From: Fonticula alba ATCC 38817
Lineage: Eukaryota; Protista; Nucleariida
NCBI GenBank assembly: GCA_000388065.2
Contig: KB932205.1
DNA length: 64,000 bases
Direction: 5' to 3' (one strand)
The position numbers and the translations under genes are program-made. The notes below the pieces were generated by a model that was given only the letters and a program-made list of their open reading frames with translations, searched no databases and had not been told where the DNA came from. Below are positions 58,656-64,000 of the stretch, in pieces (position 1 is the first letter of the stretch; the number at the start of each line of letters is the position of its first letter).

Positions 58656-60611
58656 CCGATGGTGATAGTGAGCAAGATGATGATGATGATGATGATGACG
58701 ACGACGACGATGACGACGTACGCCCGGGCGTTTAGCTGTTGGATGTTCCCTCCCCCCCCCCCTGTCACCCCTTGCCTTGTTATGGTTTCTCATCTTGCCC
58801 TACCTTCACAGATCCACGTCAGTTTGGATTTCTCCCAGCTTGGTGCTCCGACTGTGTGCGTCGCCAGCTCATCGGGCAGCCGCGTCCTTTTGTCGCTCTT
58901 GCTTGGGGCAATGCACTGATCCTCTTCTCCCCATGTATTGCGCGCAGCCCGGATAAGACTCGTGTGGCGGTAGCCGCCCCGGAGCCTGAGCCCGCGGCGC
59001 CCGGCACGCCGACATCCGCCGACCCCTCGGCGCCGCGATCCCTTCAGACCACGGCCACCAGCTCCAGCGGTGGGCTGCTCATCCTCTCAACCGCCACGGC
59101 CAAGGCTGACGGCGGCACAAGTGCGTCCGCCTCCTCCGCCACCCTTTGGTCGGCCTCTGTCCGGATGTTCCCCCGGTTGCCCCCCCCCCCCCCCCCCTCC
59201 CCCGCTGACACAAGCCCTGCATGCAGCGAATGCCGCTGGCCAGGCGCCGAACGCCGTGGGCTCGGCCGCGGCGCCAGTGGATCTCAGCACCATTCCCACG
59301 TTGGGTGACCGGCCCATCATCGAGGTGGACACCTTCTCCTTCAAGGAGAAGCCCTGGCGCAACAAGGGTGCGTGGCCTTACACCTGCCCACTTTCCTGCG
59401 CCGGAGGCGGCAGTCGCTCACCTATCTCTTTCATGGCTGGTCGCCGCCTTGCTGCCCGCCCGTCCATCCCGCCCGCCCGGTCCCCCCCCCCGCTCTCTTC
59501 CTCTCTTACTGTTGATTGTGCATGTGCATGCGCGACACAGACGCCAACCCCNNNNNNNNNNCCCCCCCCCCGCTCTCTTCCTCTCTTACTGTTGATTGTG
59601 CATGTGCATGCGCGACACAGACGCCAACCCCAGCGATTACTTTAACTTTGGTTTCAATGAGGACTCCTGGCGGGAGTACTGTAGACGGCAGTTGGCTGCG
59701 CGGGGTCTCCTGGCAACTGGCCAGAAGGATGTCATCTCCCCGGGGACAGCCTCCATGGCTGAGTACCGGGCCTTGCCGTCGTCGGTGATGGCTGGCCTCG
59801 GGGCCGGTGGGATGATGGCCTCGCCGCCGCCGGGGCTCTTCCACATGGGTGGTCTGCCGCCGCCGCCGCCGCCACCAGGGCACCTGATGCATCATGGTCC
59901 GCCCGGAGGGGGCATGATGCCGCCCGGGCGGCATCCTCTGCCGCCGGGCATGTCTATTCCCGGGATGCATCCCATGCCGCCAGGGATGCCAGGGATGCCG
60001 CCGATGTTCCCGCCCCATGGCCGGCCCCCGGGTCCCGGAGGGGACATGGTGCCCTCCGTACGTGTCCCGGCTCTCTGTGCCGATTCCCCTGCTCTATTCA
60101 TCTCTCTCTCTCTCTCTCTCCCTCTCTCTGGGTCTCTTTGGGTCTCTTTGTCTCCCTTCTCTCACACTTCCTCCTCACGGGCAACCGTCTTTGTCCATCC
60201 ATTTCCCCCATGCCCCATGTCCTCCCAACATTCCCGCAGATGGGCCACCATGGTAACTTGCGTGGACATGGTGATGCTCCAGACCGGGGCCATCGGTCGC
60301 GGTCGCGGGCCGACGATCGGGATCGGGATCGGCGATCTCCATCCCGGTCATCCTCGCGTGCTCCCGCCGCCGACCATCATGATGAGTATGCCGGCGGATC
60401 GGCCGGCTCCGGGCCCAACGACGGGTACGCCTCTTCGTCTTCCTCACGAGACCGGGCCTCGCGATCCAGTCGCCGGCAGTCCCCCGCCTCATATCGCGAT
60501 CGGAGTCCAGACCGACATGGGGATGGTGGCCGCGGCCGCAATGGCGATGGCGGTGGCCGCCACCGAGGGTCCTCCACACGCAACCGAGACCGGAGCACTT
60601 CTGGCCGGTGA
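58656..60611 (+). CDS. FIP1: Pre-mRNA polyadenylation factor Fip1; start in or before gap 58236-58655
   Basis: Exons <58656-58717 (poly-Asp), 58812-58855, 58948-59120, 59227-59367, 59621-60057, 60240-60611. Fip1 motif [35 protein letters not shown], Pro/Met-rich region, RD/RS tail. Confidence 0.93.
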
Positions 60612-61140
60612 TAGGGCGCCTCCTCCCTGTCATCCCCGCCTCCCCTCCCCTCCCCCCCCCTCTCTCTCTCTCTCCCCGGGCTCTGTGTATACCCTCCCCC
60701 CTCCTCCCCCTCCTCTCTCAAGCACCAAATACACGCCCTTTCAGCACACAACACTCAGCACCGCGGGTGGGGGGCGCGCATGCGCATGATGGGAGTTGCC
60801 TTTTTTTTTCTTATTCTGACGCTGCCCTGAAAGAAAGTAGGACACCGGGGCAGTGGGAAAGAGGAGGACAAAGCACGAAAGCAGGCAATAGCTGCCCACA
60901 TGCCAAAACGCGAGAGGCACACAAGGCACGGGGAATGGGCTGCACCACATGTGTGGATGTGTGTCACAAAACCGGGATGCAATAATAAGCGCTCACGCAT
61001 TCGCACGGACATAGGTGCGCATGCCCGGCATGTGAGGGCAAAAAAAAAAGAAGGAGGAGCAGCGCAGACAACAAGCGCTCAAGGACAGGCAGGACATTGT
61101 ATGGTGGGGAGAGGGGGGCAACAAACGCTCACAGCTCGGT

Positions 61141-62865
61141 TTACTTCTTCGGGCGGGCGACAGCACCGGCCCCGGCCGGGGCCCCGGTGGCCGCGAAGGA
61201 CTGCAGCGCATCGCGGATGTCCAGGCCAGTCAGGGACTCGACCACGGTCGGCAGCTGGGCCGAAAGGGCGGTGATGTCGCCGATGCCACCGGCGCCGCCG
61301 CCACCGGCACCAGTGCCAACCACCACAATCTTGGAGGTGTTGTTCAGCGGGGCCACCAGGGAGTTGGCCAGCTGCGGCAGCTGCTTGATGATCATCTCGG
61401 TGAAGGCGCCGTCGGTGAACTGGCTGTAGGCTTCGGCGTGGGCGTTCATGCGCACGGCCTCGGCCTCACCCTTCATGCGAAGGACCTTGGCCTCGGCCTC
61501 ACCGGTCAGGCGGATGCGCTCGGCCTCGGCCTCGGCGCGACGCATCTGGATCATGCGCTGACCCTCGGCCTCCTTCTCCAGGCGGTAGCGCTCGGCCAGG
61601 GCCGGCCGGCGGACGGTGGCCTCGAGCTCGCGCTCCCGGCGGCTGACCTCCTGGGCCTCGACCTCGATCTGGGCACGGCGACGAATCAGCTCGATCTCCA
61701 GCTCCTCATGCTTGAGCTCCTGGTTGATCTTGGCCTCCTGCAGGCGACCGGCCAGCTCGGCCTTGGCGCGCTCGACATTCACCTCGCGGTCGTAGGCGGC
61801 CGAGTGGATCTCGCGAGTGCGCTCCGAATCCGCGGCCTTGGTCTGGGCACTGTACTGCCCGACGCTGTGCTGCAGCCGGGACTCGCACTCGTGCTGGGTG
61901 GCCTCGCAGTCGGCGTCGGCCTGGCCGACCGTGGCGTCGCGCTTGACCTCGGCGATGCGCTTCTTACCGAGGGCCTCGAGGTAGCCAACATCATCCTGTG
62001 TGTGGGGGAGACGGAGGGGCGCGGGGGGGGGGGGGGGAACAATTAGACACCATCAACAGCGGGCACCGGGCAGCGGCGAGCCGGCGGAGTGGACATGCGC
62101 AGGGCAAATGTGGCGGTCGGGCGCCCGAGTGGAGGGGGGGGGGGGGGGACACGCACAATGACCTCCTTGATGGTGTACGACAGAATCTGCAGGCCGAGGC
62201 CGCGGATGTCGGCGTCGGCGATCTTCTCCACCTCCTCGGCGAACTTGGTCCGGTCGGTGTAAATCTCCTCGATGGTCATGGTACCCATGATGGCACGCTG
62301 GTGGCCCTCCATGGTTTGCGAGGCAATGGAGCCAATCTCCTCGCCGCTCATGCCGAGGAAGTGGTCGGCCGCCAGGCGCATCTGGTCCGGCTGGCGGGAG
62401 ATGCAGATAACCGCCACCGAGGACACGGTGATCGGCACACCCACGCGGGTGTACACGAGCTTCGAGCAGATGCTGATGGTCATGACGCGCAGGTCCAGGC
62501 TGGGCGTCGCATGGGCAGAGCCCAGCGCAGGGGGGGGGGGAGGGGAGGGGAGGAGAAAGTGTCAGAGTGATCGGGGCCCCGGCCGCCGTCGGGTGTGCAA
62601 GAGCCACAGGAGCAAGCGTACCGATCAACCTGCTGCACGCAGGGCATGCGGAAGGAGTACCCATTGCTGATGATCTTCGGCCGCGACTGGAAGGCACCTG
62701 CGGGGGCGGGGAAGAGGGGGGGAGGGGGGGGGGGCAGAGCAAGAGGGGAGAGAGGAAGGTCAGAGGGCTGCCCGGCACCGGAGGTCATGAGAGTGAGCGG
62801 GCGGGGGAGGGCGCACCCGACTTGACGAGGGCCTCCTCAGGGCCACAGGTATAGATCAGACCCAT
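61141..62865 (-). CDS. Flotillin/reggie (SPFH domain plus coiled coil)
   Basis: Exons 62865-62817, 62697-62622, 62499-62157, 61995-61141. Motifs YTCGPEEALVKSG, PCVQQVDRLDL, VYTRVGVPITV, TMEGHQRAIMG, LSYTIKE, DDVGYLEALGK, EAEA repeats, KQLPQLA..LVAPL. Confidence 0.95.
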
Positions 62866-64000
62866 CCGGGGAGAGGGCGTGGGGAGTGGAGGCGACGGGG
62901 GGAGCCTCGGACGGGAAGGGAAAAAACGGGGAGTGGCACTGGCGCAGCGGGGGCGGGAGTGCACGAGGAGGGGGGAGCTGGTGGGGATACCGTTGGCTGG
63001 GGGAGGGCCGGGCGTCCACAGGGCTTGCCTTTTTGGCTGTGGCCCCTGGTCGGGCCGCTGGCCGCCCTCTACCGGGCGGCAGCGGGTGGCAGCGGGCGGC
63101 GCCCGGCCAGACAAGGAGTCTGGCTCCGGTTGGCGGAGGCTGAGACACACGCACACACACAGAGAACGGGCGGGCCCCCCCCCCCCCCCCCCCGCCGAAG
63201 GGGGTGTCGGGTGTGTTCCGGGTCTTGCTCCGCCGCGCCCTTGAACCTCAACGGGCCGCCCTTACCCAACCGGGCGACGGGCCTCCCGCGCCCAGTGATC
63301 GGGGGCCACACACTGCGGCGAACGGGACCAGGGGGGGGGGGGGGGAAACGGATCGGTTGGGCCTCCGGAAAAAGGCCTCGACCGCGCCGCTCCGTCAGGC
63401 CGGCGACTTTTTCCCGGGCCTGCTCCGCCGCCCCCCCCCCCACACGGGCATCGCCGGCCTTTTACCGGCGGCGATGGACAAATGAGCCCTAACTGGGAGG
63501 AGGCATTGCCCCCAGCCCAGGGTCCGTTGGGGGGGGGGGGGGCCACCGCAAGGTGCGACCAATCGAGCAACTGCTCGGGGAGTCGGCTGTTTCCCAAGCC
63601 ACACGCGGTCGGAGGGGGGAGCGGGGCCATATTCGCGCGCGCGCGCGCGCGCGCCCCGGCAAGGGGGTCTCCCAGGCGGGGAGGAGGGGCGGCGGCGGGG
63701 TCTCACACGGGCGTACGGGTGGATTCCGCTGCGAGCAGCGTCCCGCCGCACCAACGCCTCCCCGGCCACGGCCAGGGTCCGGCGAAGGGGGGCCGTCGCG
63801 GCCACGGGCCGGCCAGGCGATGCCTACTGCCAGCGCACATATTGGTCCCGTTGGCCGGGCCAGGCCTCTGCACATTGGCGCCCGCGTCCGCGTCCAACGC
63901 GCGCCGGCGCACACACGTACCCTCCCCATGTCCCCTGCGGCTGGGGTAGGCCTTGCGCGGCGCCTGTTCTGCCCGTCCCCCCCCCCCCCCCCCCCCCCCC

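Noticed and set aside
59482-59631. Direct ~70-nt duplication of a FIP1 intron end and exon start
   Set aside because: The two copies flank a 10-N gap, the signature of unmerged overlapping contigs.

Overview
Eukaryotic nuclear DNA, very GC-rich, intron-dense, draft assembly with 11 N-gaps. It is not prokaryotic: no CRISPR array, IS element or operon was seen. Most of the supplied long ORFs are GC or antisense shadows. The real genes were rebuilt by hand from GT-AG splice sites and motifs recalled from protein families. Gene content (Mgm101, FPGS, Trm44, NatA, p22phox, flotillin) points to a unicellular opisthokont; the style fits a nucleariid such as Fonticula (inference, not verified). Sixteen protein-coding loci: ZIP transporter (5' part only), FPGS, a 36-aa tandem-repeat protein, TRM44, a small orphan membrane protein, a large RS/ankyrin/RRM protein, mitochondrial uS15, CCT8, p22phox, a secreted GPI-type protein, RPL9, MGM101, SAC1, mL40, NAA15, FIP1, plus a flotillin. 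There is also a tRNA-Ala(AGC). The most striking element is invisible in the ORF track: a ~2.9-kb spliced non-coding transcript on the minus strand (about 39440 to 36535). It has a TATA box, an AATAAA and eight introns, seven of which each carry one box C/D snoRNA (snR190/SNORD12-like, U31/snR67, U14, U53, U49, U51/snR39, snR53). It links RNAs that form two separate clusters in budding yeast. Second is a canonical p22phox whose tail lacks the PxxP region and ends in an OCRE-like tyrosine-repeat module. All family assignments rest on recalled consensus sequences; no database search was run.
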